Of a stretch of 64,000 nt of DNA, positions 24,307 to 36,645 are shown in pieces; the stretch's first letter is position 1; every line of letters begins with the position of its first letter. Source of the stretch: Squalus acanthias (lineage: Eukaryota); contig JASTWF010000357.1 in NCBI GenBank assembly GCA_030390025.1, positions 62,001 to 126,000 on the forward strand, in the 5' to 3' direction. Under the pieces are notes generated by a model. It ran no database searches and had not been told where the DNA came from. It was given only the letters and a program-made list of their open reading frames with translations. Both the position numbers and the translations under genes were made by a program.

Positions 24307-24849
24307 TGTTGGGGAGAAAATAAGATTCTCAGAGCCTAGATGAAGTTCAAAAACACACAGTTTATTGACAAAGTACTTTGGGAGCCGGAGTCAAAAAGGT
24401 CCCGTGACCTTTGTAACATCCTTCTCGTTTAACCTTTGTTCAGTACAGCTTATATTCAATATTTCTGGCTACATGCCATCATACATCGATTTTCGTCCAA
24501 TTATATGGTATTACATTAATCACCTGATTATATTTTGCCTTTATCTATATTTATTTGGCAATAATCATAAAAGCAGTTACATCTTGTTACACCTTTTTGA
24601 GCATAGTCTAATCCCACGGTTTACTACTGTATGTTATCTGTGATTGGCACTGTGCCTACGGTCTCTAGCTAACTCTGTAAAAGGCCTCTTTCAATACCGT
24701 TTATTAAACACTGAACCCTCCCTCAAAAATCTGTCTGGCAGCTGTAAGCTTATCTATTCCTTGTCTCAATTTGCAAAACCTTCACTGCTCATGGTTTTAT
24801 TGCAAATTGTGCAGAAATTGAATTTGACCATTCCAAATTAACCCTTTCA
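24307..24849 (-). repeat. ERV 5' LTR (543 bp)
   Basis: Direct repeat of 18509-19156 without the duplication; adjacent to the PBS. Confidence 0.95.
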
Positions 24850-24854
24850 ATAGC

Positions 24855-25170
24855 GGTTAGTTACAACTGAGGGCAGTTAAGAATCAACCACATTGCTGTG
24901 GGTCTGGAGTCACATATCGGCCAGACCAGCTAAGGACGGCAGATTTCCTTCCCTAAAAGACATTAATGAACCAGATGGGTTTTTACGACAATCCGATAGT
25001 TTCATGGTTATCATTACTGATACTAGTTTTTTTATTCCAGATTTATTTAATTAACTGAATTTAAATTACCCAGCTGCCATGGTGGGCTTTGAACTCATGT
25101 CTCCTGGACCATTAGTCCAGGCCTACTAGATTACTAGCCCAGTGACATTACCACTACACTACCGTTCCCG
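24855..25170 (-). mobile_element. tRNA-derived SINE
   Basis: Minus strand begins gtagtgtagtggtaatgtcactgg (A box) with gagttcaaagccc (B box), followed by the ggaaggaaatctgccgtcc..gtgactccagacccacagc body. Confidence 0.7.
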
Positions 25171-26249
25171 TTATTGGTAGAGCCACACTGTGTAACTCAG
25201 TGAGGACATTACGGTCCCTGGAGTGGAATGGAGAGACTCCGCAGGACGTTGACAGCATTCTGGGGAGCGCCTCTCTTTGGGTTGAATTATAATGAGGCGG
25301 CCAAATCTGCAGCTCGTGTTCTAACTGTGGCCGAACCAAAGCCTCGCCCAAAAGCATTATCACTTGTTGCTGTTGCGCTCAATGTCCCTCTCTGTTAAAC
25401 TCCAATCCCTGCTGCTTTTATTATGGATTTACTCTCTGTACCCGTACTGTCAGGGAATTAAGTCTTTAAATCCCGAGATCTGGCTGTTCATCCTCGCCTT
25501 TCATTCCATTCCGACCTTGTTCCCACCCCTTGTTATTCACACTGGAATGTGAGGGTAGCTCACCTGTGAACAACGAGTTACTGATTCAAACTGGTGACAT
25601 GTTCTCAATGAGTTGGAACAATGTGTGTCCAGGAACTAAGACGGCGCTCACCAAATATGCTTTAGAAGGACCTGCAGAGGTTCAGCAGAACACCGACTTT
25701 ACATCATTTGGAAGACTGGTTGAGACCAGAATATCAATATTGTTGCTCATCGTTGTTTAGTCACAAGAACAACCTTCATTTTTCAACAATACATTTTCAT
25801 TTTCAGTAACTATCCTTAAACAGAGATGCCTAACATCACTTTGACAACTCAAGTTCCACCTGCCTCCATCATTAGAGCACTTATCAGCAGACAGGTCAGG
25901 GTTCAATTGTGACAGTAGACAATGGGATCTGATGGGGAGACCGAGCCTGCAATATTCTTAACAAACTTCCACAACAGTTACAAATACCTACCATTAAAAG
26001 ACTCCTGACTGTTGCAAATGTGAGGTCATTCACATTGGACATAAAAAGGATAAAAGAGGATAGTACTTTCTAAATGGTGGAAAGCTAGAAGCAGTGGAGG
26101 GCCAAAGAGACTTGGGGATCTGGTCCATGCACATAGATCAGTAAACAGAAATAATGTAAAAGGCTAATGGAATGTTGGCCTTTATATCTAGAAGACTATA
26201 ATAAAAGGGGGTAGAAGTAAGGCTACAACTGTACAAAGCCCTGGTCAAC

Positions 26250-28235
26250 CCATAGAAGCATAGAAGCATAGAACATAGGAGCAGGAGTAGGCCATTCGGC
26301 CCCTCGAGCCTGCTCCGCCATTTAATGAGATCATGGTTTTTCATCCAAATTCAGTACACTGTCCCTGCTTTCTCCCCATATCCCGTGATCCCTTTGGCCT
26401 TAAGAAATATATCTATCTCCTTCTTGAATATGTTTAATGAATTGGCCTCAACTGTCTTCTGTGGTAGAGAATTCCAAATGTTTACCACTCTCTGGGTGAA
26501 GCCTCTGTGGCAATGAGTTCCATAGGTTCACCACCCTCTGAGTGAAGAAATTCCCCCTCATTTCTGTCCTAAATGGTTTAGCCCTTATCCTTAAATTATG
26601 TCCTCTAGTTCTGTTCTCACCCGCCAAGGGAAACATCCCTTCTGCATCTAGTCTGTCTAGACCTGTCAGAATTTTATACACTTCTATGAGGTCCCCTCTC
26701 AATCTTCTAAACTCCAGTGTGTACATCCCTAAACTACATAGTCTCTCCTCATAGGTCAATCCCGCCATTCCTGGTATCAGCCTGGTGAATCGCCGCTGCA
26801 CCCCCTCCATGGCAAGAACATCTTTCCTCAGATGAGGCGACCAAAACTGTACACAGTACTCGAGGTGTGGTCTCACCAGTGCCCTGTACAGCTGCAGCAA
26901 GGTATCCCTGTTCCTGTATTCCAACCCTTTTGCTATGAAGGCCAGCATACCGTTTGCCTTCCTCCTCATCTCAGTCCTAAATGGCTTAGCCCTTATCCTT
27001 AGACTGTGACCCCTGGTTCTGGACTCCCCGCCATCGGGAACATCCTTCCTGCATCTAGTCTGTCTAGTCCTGTTAGAATTTTATGAGTTTCAATGAGATC
27101 CCCTCTCATTCTTCTAAACTCTAGCGAATATAAGCCTAATCGAGCCAATCTCTCTTCATACGTCATTCCTGCCATCCCAGATACCAGTCTGGAAATCTTC
27201 GCTGCACTCACTCCATTGCAATAACATCCTTCCTCAGATAAGGTTACCAAAACTGCACACAATACTCAAGGTGTGGTCTCACCAAGGCCTTGTACAACTG
27301 CAGCAAGACATCCTTGCTCCTGTACTCAAATCCTCTCGCTATCAAGGCCAACATACCATTTGCCTTCTTAACCGCCTGCTGCACCTGCATGCTTACCTTC
27401 AGCGACTGATGCACAAGGACTCCCAGATCTCGTTGCACTTCCCCTTTTCCCAATCTATTGCCGTACAGATAATAATCTGTCTTCCTGTTTTTGCCACCAA
27501 AGTGGATAACCTCGCATTTATCCACATTATACTGCAACTGCCATGCATCTGCCCAATCACCCAACCTGTCCAAATCATACCGGAGTTTCTCTGCATCCTC
27601 CTCACAGCACACACGCCCACCCAGCTTTGTGTCATCTGCAAACTTAGAGATATTACATCTAGTTCCCTCGTCTAGATAATTAATATATATTGTGAATAGC
27701 TGGTGTCCTAGCACCGATCCCTGCGGTACCCAACTAGTCACTGCCTGCCACTCAGAAAAATACCCGTTTATTCCAACTCTTTGCTTCCTGTCTGCCAACC
27801 AGTTCTCTATCCAAATCAGTACCTTACCCCCAATCCCATGTGCTTTCACTTTGCACGCTAATCTCTTATGCGGAACCATATCGAAAGCCTTCTGAAAGTC
27901 CAAATAAACCACATCCACTGGTTCTCCCTTATCTCTTGTACCAGTTACATCCTCAAAAAATTCCAGAAGTTTAATCAGGCATGATTTACCTTTTGTAAAT
28001 CCATGTTGACTTTGACCGATCCTGTCACAGTTTTCCAAGTGCTCTGCTATTACATCTTTTATATTGGACTCTAGCATTTTTCACACGATGTCAGGCTTAC
28101 CCGTCTATAATTCCCCATTTTTTCTCTACCACCTTTTTTAAATAGCGGGGTTACATTAGCTACCCTCCAATCCATGGGAACTGTTCCAGAGTCTATCGAA
28201 TTTTGAAAGATGAACAGCAATGCATCTACTATGAT
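26250..28235 (-). mobile_element. CR1 LINE 3' part, with a tail-less younger CR1 segment inserted at 26502-26961
   Basis: ORFs 27244-28077 and 26999-27262 (older copy). ORF 26448-26969 is nearly identical to the reverse complement of 7024-7483. Confidence 0.9.
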
Positions 28236-28260
28236 TGATGCCCCAGGATATGGGCACGGA

Positions 28261-31200
28261 GGGAGGGTGAAAAGAAGCAAATAAAATCAAGAATAATATT
28301 AATAATAACATATGTTCTTTACTTCTGTAAATGAAATGTCTGCATTCTGTGATTTGAGTGGAGCGGAATAAAATGAATGGAAAGATCCCACAGCAGCTTT
28401 TGCTCTGAAAACACTCGACAAACATTCCCCAAAAGAGCCCAGTCCAGAAAAACAGCAATTAAATCATTCTGAAAATAATAAAATAAATATAACATATATA
28501 TACTTTGTTTTTACAAAAGTCTTGCCTTGTCTTAGTTTTGTTTGGAATTAATGGGAGAGTAAGGTCCCACAGCAGGATATGCTCTGACACTTCCCACAAA
28601 TATTCCCCGAAAATTCCAGTCCAGAAAAATATCAAATGGCTTGTTGTATATATGTAGCTTTGATTTTTACAACTCTTGAAAGAAAGGCAAAGTAAGATCC
28701 CACAGCAGTGCGGTCTGGAACGAAATCAGTATGATCTAATGGTGTATACTTTGTTTTTTCAGACAAGAGATGCAATACCAATGCACACGGCAGATAAATT
28801 GAACACAGGCAAGCCCTGCATACACACCAGCTTTTGCTCTCTGTCTCTCTCTCACACACACACACAAACACAGGCCAGTCTGCAAAATTGCCACACAATG
28901 CTGTCAGCAATGAAAGAAAGTTGATTTCTCTCATTGCTCTGCTGTGTTTGGCAGTTTAAAAGTAAAAAAAACACTTACCCATATCTTAATTTTTCATTTT
29001 GCGGCCTACAAAATTAGGCTTTCTATCCTGCATCAAAAGCAAAATTCTGCGGATGATGGAAATCTGAAATTAAAACAAAAAATGTTGCAAATACTCAGCA
29101 GGTCAGGCAGCATCTGTGGAGAGAGAAACAGAGTTAATTCAGCTTGATGACCTTTCGTCAGATTCTGGCAAGGTTCTGACGACAGGTCATCCAACTGAAA
29201 TGTTAACTATGCTTCTCCATCTCTCCACAAACGCTGCCTGACCTGCTGAGTATTTCCAACATTCTGTTTTGATTTCTATTCTTCCTGTTGTCTTAATTTC
29301 ATTTGTCTCTCTCATTGCCTGCCTGCCTTGTCTTGATTTGGGTACAGTGGAATAACATGAATGCAAAGATCCACAAAGACATTTTTCAGTATCTCACTGA
29401 CTGTCTTGAAGTGAAGTGAAGTGAAATAAAGTGCAATAAAGTGATACACATCAGCATTACATGTGGCCCAGTCAAGAATGAAATCAATAGGGTTTAATAC
29501 AACAGCAGTTAATAAGACAGCAGTCCACATCTCACACAAACACCAGCTTTTGCTCTCTCTCTCTCTCACTCACACACACAAACATATACCCTGGCCAGCC
29601 TTCAGAGGGATGAATGCCGTGTTGGAAAATTAAAACCAAAAATACACTTTTCTGTATTTTATCTTTTCACTTTGTGGCCTACAGAAACAGGCTTTCTATT
29701 CTGCATCTTGCCTTGGGATTTCATGTCTCGCTCTCTCACTGGCCATCTGTCTGTCTGTCTCTCACTCACATACTCTCCCTCCCATCCACAGTGAACTAAA
29801 ACTTACAGTGACAGGACACACAGATTCAGCAATTTGCAGAAACATAGACACCCACACACATACAGAAACACTCACACAGACTCTGCAATTTGCAGAAACA
29901 TAGACACCCACTCACATACAGAAACACTCACACAGACACTGCAATTTGCAGAAACTCACACACATACATCCATTTTGAAAGGGTGCAGCCTGGAGTGTCT
30001 ATTTTTGATGATGTCCCTTCCTGGCTGTGCGGCCATGTTTGATGAGGATAATCCAACAGGAAGTGGTGAATCCGAGGCCCCAGAAATCCGGGTCCACGAG
30101 AGGAAATGAAAGCCCGGAGGGTGAAAAGAAGTAAATACAATCAGGAATAAATAATAAAACATATACTTTACTTCTGTTAACTAAATGTCTGCCTGTCTGT
30201 GGTTTGCCTGGAGTGCAATAAAATGAATGGAAAGATCGCACAGCAGCTTTTGCTCTGAAAATATCCCAAGCAGATTCCCCAATAAAGCCCAGTCCAGAAA
30301 AAAAATCAAATGGATTATTCTGAAAATAATTTAAAAAGTATATATACTTTTTTTTTTAAATGCCTTGTCTTGTTTGAGTTGGGATGAAAGGGAGAGCAAG
30401 ATCCCACAAACCAGGATGTGCCATGAAACACTCCACAAACATTTCCCAATAAAGTCCAGTCCAGAAAAATATCAAATGTCTTGATGTATATATGTAGACT
30501 TGCTTTTTACAAAATTCTTGAATGAAAGACAAAGTAAGATCCCACAACAGTGCAGTCTGGAATTAAATCAGTATGATCTAATGGAATTTACTTTCTGTTT
30601 TTTCAGACATGAGATGCAGTACCAATGCACATGGCAGAGAACTTGAACACAGACAAGCCCTGCATACACACCAGCTTTTGCTATTTGTCTCTCTCTCTCC
30701 CGCACACTCACACACAGGCCAGCCTTAAAATTGCCACAAATCACGGTCAGCAATGAAAGTTGATTTATTTCATTGCTCTGCTCTGTTTGGCAGTTTAAAA
30801 GCAAACATACATTTCTCATTATTTTATCTTTTCAGTTTGCGGCCTACAGAAACAGGCTTTCTAATCTGCATCAAAAGCAAATGCTGAGGATGTGGGAAAT
30901 CTGAAATCAAGACAGAAAATGCTGGAAATACTCAGCAGGTAAGGCAGCACATCTGTGGAGAGAGAAAGGAACAGATTTAATATTTCAGCTCGATTACCTT
31001 TTGTCAGATTCTGGCAAGGTTCTGACGAAAGGTCATCGAGCTGAAACATTTACTCTGTTTCTCTGTATCTCCACTGATGCTGCCTAACCTACTGAGTATT
31101 TCCAGCATTTTCTGTTTTTATTTCTATTCTGCATGTTGTCTTGATTTCATGTGTCTCTCTCACTACCTGCCAGCCTGCTTGTCTGCCTTGTCTTGATTTG

Positions 31201-33160
31201 AGTAGAGTGGAATAAAAAGAATGCAAAGGTCCCAGAGCAGCTTTTATTGTCAGAAAGTCCACAAAGACATTTTTCGGCATCTCACTGACTGTCCGACTTG
31301 AAGTGAAGTGAAATGAAATAAAGTGCAATAAAGTGATACACAACAGCATTGCATGTGGACCAGGCCAGAATGAAATCAATAGGGTTTAATACAACAACAG
31401 CAGGTAATAAGACAGCCGACCACATCTCACACAAACACCAGCTTTTGCCCTCTCTCTCTCTCACACACACTCACAGCCTGGCCAGCCTGCAGAGGGATGA
31501 CTGCCGTGTTGGAAGATTAAACCAAAAAGACACTTTTCAGTATCTTATCTTTTCACTTTGTGGCCTACAGAAACAGGCTTTCTATTCTGTTACTTGCCTT
31601 TTGATTTCATGTCTCTCTCTCTCTCACAGACTGTGCGTCTGTCTGCCACTCACCCAGTCTCCCTTCCAACCACATTGAACTAAAATTTACATTATCACTC
31701 ACACCCTCACACAGCCTCTGCAATTGGCAGACACACAGACACCCACGCACATAGATACACACTCACACAGCCTCTGCAATTTGCAGAAACTCACACTCAC
31801 ACAATTATTTTGAAAAATTTGGAGCCTGGGTGTGTCAATTTTTGATGATGTCCCTTCCTGGTTGTGCGTCCATGTTTGATGAGGTCAATCAAACAGGAAG
31901 AAGTGAAGCCGAGGCCCCAGAAATCCGGGTCCCCGAGAGGAAATGAAAGCCCGGGAGGGTGAAAAGAAGTAAATACAATCAGGAAAAAATAATATATATA
32001 CTTTTCTTCTGTTAACTAAATAACTGCCTGTCTGTGGTTTGCCTGGAGTGTAATAAAATGAATCGAAAGATCACACAGCAAGTTTTGCTCTGAAAAAATC
32101 CCAAGCACATTCCCCAATCAAGCCCAGTCCAGAAAAAAATCAAATGGATTATTCTGAAAATAATTTAAAAAATATAATATAGATATATATATTTTTTTTT
32201 AAAAGGTCTCGATTTGTTTGGGATGGGCTGAAGGTGAAATTAAGATCCCACAACAAAAAATGCCATGAAACATTCCACAAACATTCCCCTATAAAGTCCA
32301 GTCCAGAAAAATATCAAATGGCTTGATGTATATATGTAGATTTGCTTTTTACAAAATTCTTGAAAGAAAGGCAAAGTAAGATCCCACAGCAGTGCAGTCT
32401 GGAATGAAATCAGTATGATCTAATGGTGTACACTTTGTTTTTTTCAGACAGGAGATGCAATACCAATGCACACAGCAGATAACTTGAACACAGACAAGCC
32501 CGGAATACACAGCTTTTGCTGTCTGTCTCTCTCTCTCTCTCACACACACACACTCACAGGCCAGCCTGCAAAATTGCCACAAATTACTGTCAGCAATGAA
32601 AGAAAGTTGATTTCTATCATTGCTCTGCTCTGTTTGGCAGTTTAAAAGCAAAGAGACAGTTTTCAGTATTTTATCTTTTCAGTTTGCGGCCTACAGAAAC
32701 AGGCTTTCTATTCAACAAAAAAAGCAAATGCTGTGGATGTGGAAATCTGAAATAAAACAGAAAATGCTGGAAATACTCAGCAGGTAAGGCAGCATCTGTG
32801 GAGAGAGAGAGAAACAGAGTTAATGTTTCAGCTCTATTACCTTTTGTCAGATTCTGGCAAGATTCTGACGAAAGGTCACCGAGCTGAAACATTTACTCTG
32901 TTTCTCTGTATCTCCACTGATGCTGCCTAACATACGGAGTATTTCCAGCATTTTCTGTTTTTATTTCTATTCTGCATGTTGTCTTGATTTCATGTGTCTC
33001 TCTCACTGCCTGCCTGCCTTGACTTGGTTTGAGTAGAGTGGAATAAAAAGAATGCAAAGATCCCAGAGCAGCTTTTATTGTCAGACAGTCCACAAAGATA
33101 TTTTCAGGATCTCACTGACTCACTGTCTGTCTTGAATTGAAGTGAAATGAAATAAAGTGC
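28261..33160. repeat. ~1.85-kb diverged tandem macrorepeat (about 2.6 units, plus a partial copy at 36650-37050)
   Basis: gggagggtgaaaagaag anchors at ~28261, ~30116 and ~31953. Each unit has the same ordered blocks, including a Penelope-type palindromic element. Confidence 0.88.
29030..29285. mobile_element. Penelope-derived palindromic non-autonomous element (copies at ~30870-31130, ~32720-32970, half copy at ~53198-53330)
   Basis: Inverted arms aaatactcagcaggtcaggcagcatctgtggagag / ctctccacaaacgctgcctgacctgctgagtattt, with decayed CTGACGA...GAAA hammerhead-like cores. Confidence 0.7.
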
Positions 33161-35437
33161 ATAAGAACATAAGAACATAAGAAATAGGAGCAGGAGTAGA
33201 CCAATCGGCCCCTCGAGCCTGCTCCGCCATTCAATGAGATCATGGCTGATCTGATCCAACCTCAACTCTAAAGAACACAAGAAGCAGGAGCAGGACCAGG
33301 CCACTCGTCCCCTGGGCCCGCTCCGCCACCCACAGGGCCTTGACCGATCCGAACTCAAACTCATGTCCAATTTCCAGCCCGCTCCCCGTAACCCCTGATA
33401 CCCTTTACTTCTGGGAAACGGTCTATTTCTGTTTTAAATTTAATTCATGAAGTAGCTTCCACAGCTTCCTGGGGTAGCAAATTCCACAGACCCACTACCC
33501 TCTGAGTGAAAAAGTTTCTCCTCATCTCAGTTTTGAAAGAGGAGCCCCTTATTCTAAGATTATGTCCCCTAGTTCTAGTTTCACCCATCATTGGGAACAT
33601 CCTCACCGCGTCCACCCGATCAAGCCCCTTCACAATCTTATATGTTTCAATAAGATCGCCTCTCATTCTTCTGAACTCCAATGAGTAGAGTCCCAATCTA
33701 CTCAACCTCTCCTCGTATGTCCACCCCCTCATCCCCGGAATTAACCGAGTGAACCTTCTTTGTACTGCCTCGAGAGCAAGTATGTCTTTTCTTAAGTATG
33801 GACACCAAAACTGTATGCAGTACTCCAGGTGCGGTCTCACCAATACCCTATACAACTGCAGCAATACCTCCCTGTTTTTATATTCTATCCCCCTAGCAAT
33901 AAAACCCAACAGGAACAGGGATACCTTGCTGCAGCTGTACAGGGCACTGGTGAGACCACACCGAGTACTGTGTACAGTTTTGGTCGCCTCATCTGAAGAA
34001 AGATGTTCTTGCCATGGAGGGGGTGCAGCGGCGATTCACCAGGCTGATACCAGGAATGGCGGGATTGACCTATGAGGAGAGACTATGTAGTTTAGGGATG
34101 TACACACTGGAATTTAGAAGATTGAGAGGGGACCTCATAGAAGTGTATAAAATTCTGACAGGTCTAGACAGACTAGATGCAGAAGGAATGTTTCCCTTGG
34201 CGGGTGAGAACAGAACTAGAGGACATAATTTAAGGATAAGGGCTAAACCATTTAGGACAGAAATGAGGGGGAATTTCTTCACTCAGAGGGTGGTGAACCT
34301 GTGGAACTCATTGCCACAGAGGGCAGTGTACGCCAGCTCATTAAATATATTTAAGAGGGAATTAGATATATTTCTACAGGCAAAAGGGGTTAAGGGTTAC
34401 GGAGAGAAGGCGGGGACGGGATACTGAATTGGAGGATCAGCCATGATCTCATTAAATGGCGGAGCAGGCTCGAAGGGCCGGATGGCCTACTCCTGCTCCT
34501 ATCTTCTATGTAATCTATGTATCTAGTCAAGAGGAAAAAGGAAGCGTATGTAAGGATGAGAAAACAAGGTTCAGTTGGGTCGATTGAGGGGTACAAGGTA
34601 GCAAGGAATGAGCTAAAAAAAGAGCTTAGGAGAGCTAGGAGGGGGCATGAGAAGTCCTTGGCGGGTCGGTTCAAGGAAAACCCCAAGGCTTTTTACTCTT
34701 ATGTGAGAAATAAAAGAATGACCAGGGTGAGGGTAGGGCCGGTCAAGGACAGTAGTGGGAACTTGTGTATGGAGTCAGAAGAGATAGGAGAGGTGATGAA
34801 TGAATACTTTTCACCGAGGAGAGGGGCCATGTTTTTGAGGATGAGAGTGTGATAAAGGTGGATAGGCTGGAGGAGGTAGATGTTCTGAGGGAAGATGTTT
34901 TAGCAATTTTGAAGAACCTGAGGGTCGATAAGTCCCCTGGGCCAGATGGGATATATCCTAGGATTCTTTGGGAGGCAAGGGAGGAGATTGCAGAGCCTTT
35001 GGCTTTGATCTTTGGGTCCTCACTGTCCACGGGGATGGTGCCAGAGGACTGGAGAGTGGTGAATGTTGTTCCTCTCTTCAAGAAAGGAAATAGGAATGAC
35101 CCTGGTAATTATAGGCCGGTTAGTCTTACTTCGGTGGTTGGTAAGATAATGGAAAAGTTCCTGAGGGATTAGATTTATGACCATTTGGAAAGATGCAACT
35201 TAATCCGGGATAGTCAACACGGATTCGTGAAGGGTAAGACTTGCCTAACAAATTTGATTGAATTCTTTGAGGAGGTAACTAAGTGTGTAGATGAAGGTAG
35301 AGCAGTTGATGTTGTATACATGGATTTTAGTAAGGCGTTTGATAAGGTTCCCCATGGTCGGCTAATGAAGAAAGTAAGGAGTTGTGGGATAGAGGGAAAT
35401 TTGGCCGATTGGATAAGTAACTGGCTATCTCATAGAA
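33161..35437. mobile_element. Three fused CR1 pieces: minus 33161-33907, plus 33908-34520, plus 34521-35437
   Basis: ORFs 33445-33909(-), 34014-34427(+) and 34517-35484(+). They match the subfamilies at 39765-41670, 4609-7690 and 7971-10941 respectively. Confidence 0.9.
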
Positions 35438-35439
35438 GT

Positions 35440-36645
35440 CATGATGCGGAGATGCCGGCGTTGGACTGGGGTGGACAAAAATGAGAAGTCGCACAACACC
35501 AGGTTATAGTCCAACAGATTTATTTAAAATTACAAGCTTTCGGAGCTGTCGCCCCTTCGTCAGGCAAAGTTACTGTGAGAGAATCTATCAGAATTCACAG
35601 AATATAAGAACACAGAGAAAATGCATAGATTAAATCTTTCCCTACATCAAAGACACACTAAGAGCACAGCCAAGACAATGAGATGTGTCCCAGGGGGTCC
35701 AACGCGTCAGAACACCTGCTGGCTGCATATCCTCTCCATTTTTTGTGTTTGTTTCTTGTGTTTGTTTTTTTTTATTTTTAAAAACTGGAAAGACCGGCAA
35801 CGATGTCAAGTCACGTTCTATAGCGTGACATGAACCCGATATCCCGATTGAGGCCGTCCTCATGAGTGCGGAACTTGGCTATCAGTTTCTGCTCGATGAT
35901 TTTGCGTTGTCGTGTATCACGAAGGCCGCCTTGGAGAACGCTAACCCGCAGATCCAAGGCTGAATGCCCTTGACTGCTGAAGTGTTCCCCGACTGGGTGG
36001 CAACCATCCTGCTTGGCGATTGTTGCGCGGTGTCCGTTCATACGTTGTCTCAGTGTCTGCATGGTCTCGCCGATGTACCATGCTCTGGGGCATCCTTTAC
36101 TGCAACGTATCAGGTAGACAACGTTGGCCGAGTCACATGAGTATGTACCATGTACCTGGTGGGTAGTGTCCTCACGTGTGATGACGGTATCTGTGTTCAT
36201 GATCTGGCATGTCTTGCAGAGGTTGCCGTGGCAGGGTTGTGTGGTGTCGTGGTCGCTGTTCTCCTGACAGCTGGGTAATTTGCTGCGAACGATGGTACTT
36301 TTGAGGTTAGGCGGCTGCTTGAAGGCGAGTAGTGGAGGCGTGGGGATGGCCTTAGCAAGGTGTTCGTCGTCATCGATGACATGTTGAAGGCTGCGAAGAA
36401 CATGGCGTAGTTTCTCCGCTCCGGGGAAGTACTGGACGACGTAGGGTACTCTGTTGGTTGTGTCCCGTGTTAGTCTTCTGAGGAGGTCTGTGCGGTTTTT
36501 CGCTGTGGCCCGTCGGAACTGTCGATCGACGAGTCGAGCGTCATATCCCGTTCTTACGAGGGCGTCTTTCAGTGTCCGTAGGTGTCCATCGCGTTCCTCC
36601 TCGTCTGAGCAGATCCTGTGTATTCGCAGGGCTTGTCCATAGTCG
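35440..36645 (-). mobile_element. Penelope-like retroelement, 5'-truncated, with terminal repeat carrying a hammerhead motif
   Basis: GIY-YIG ORF, plus a minus-strand CTGACGAAGGGGCGACAGCTCCGAAAGCTT motif at ~35534-35563 in the terminal repeat. Confidence 0.9.
35811..36642 (-). CDS. Penelope-like RT C-terminus plus GIY-YIG endonuclease (fragment)
   Basis: YGQALRIHRICS (RT thumb), CKTC, NVVYLIRC..WYIGET..LRQRMNGH..HF..GH..EQKLI..GLNRD. Confidence 0.9.

Larger units (their letters stand above)
18509..24849 (-). mobile_element. Defective endogenous retrovirus (LTR, PBS, gag and pol relics, env relic, integrase, env relic, PPT, LTR)
   Basis: Near-identical TG...CA LTRs at 18509-19156 and 24307-24849. 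PBS at 24286-24303. Purine-rich tract aacaggagggac next to the 3' LTR. Retroviral integrase and RT motifs inside. Confidence 0.92.
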
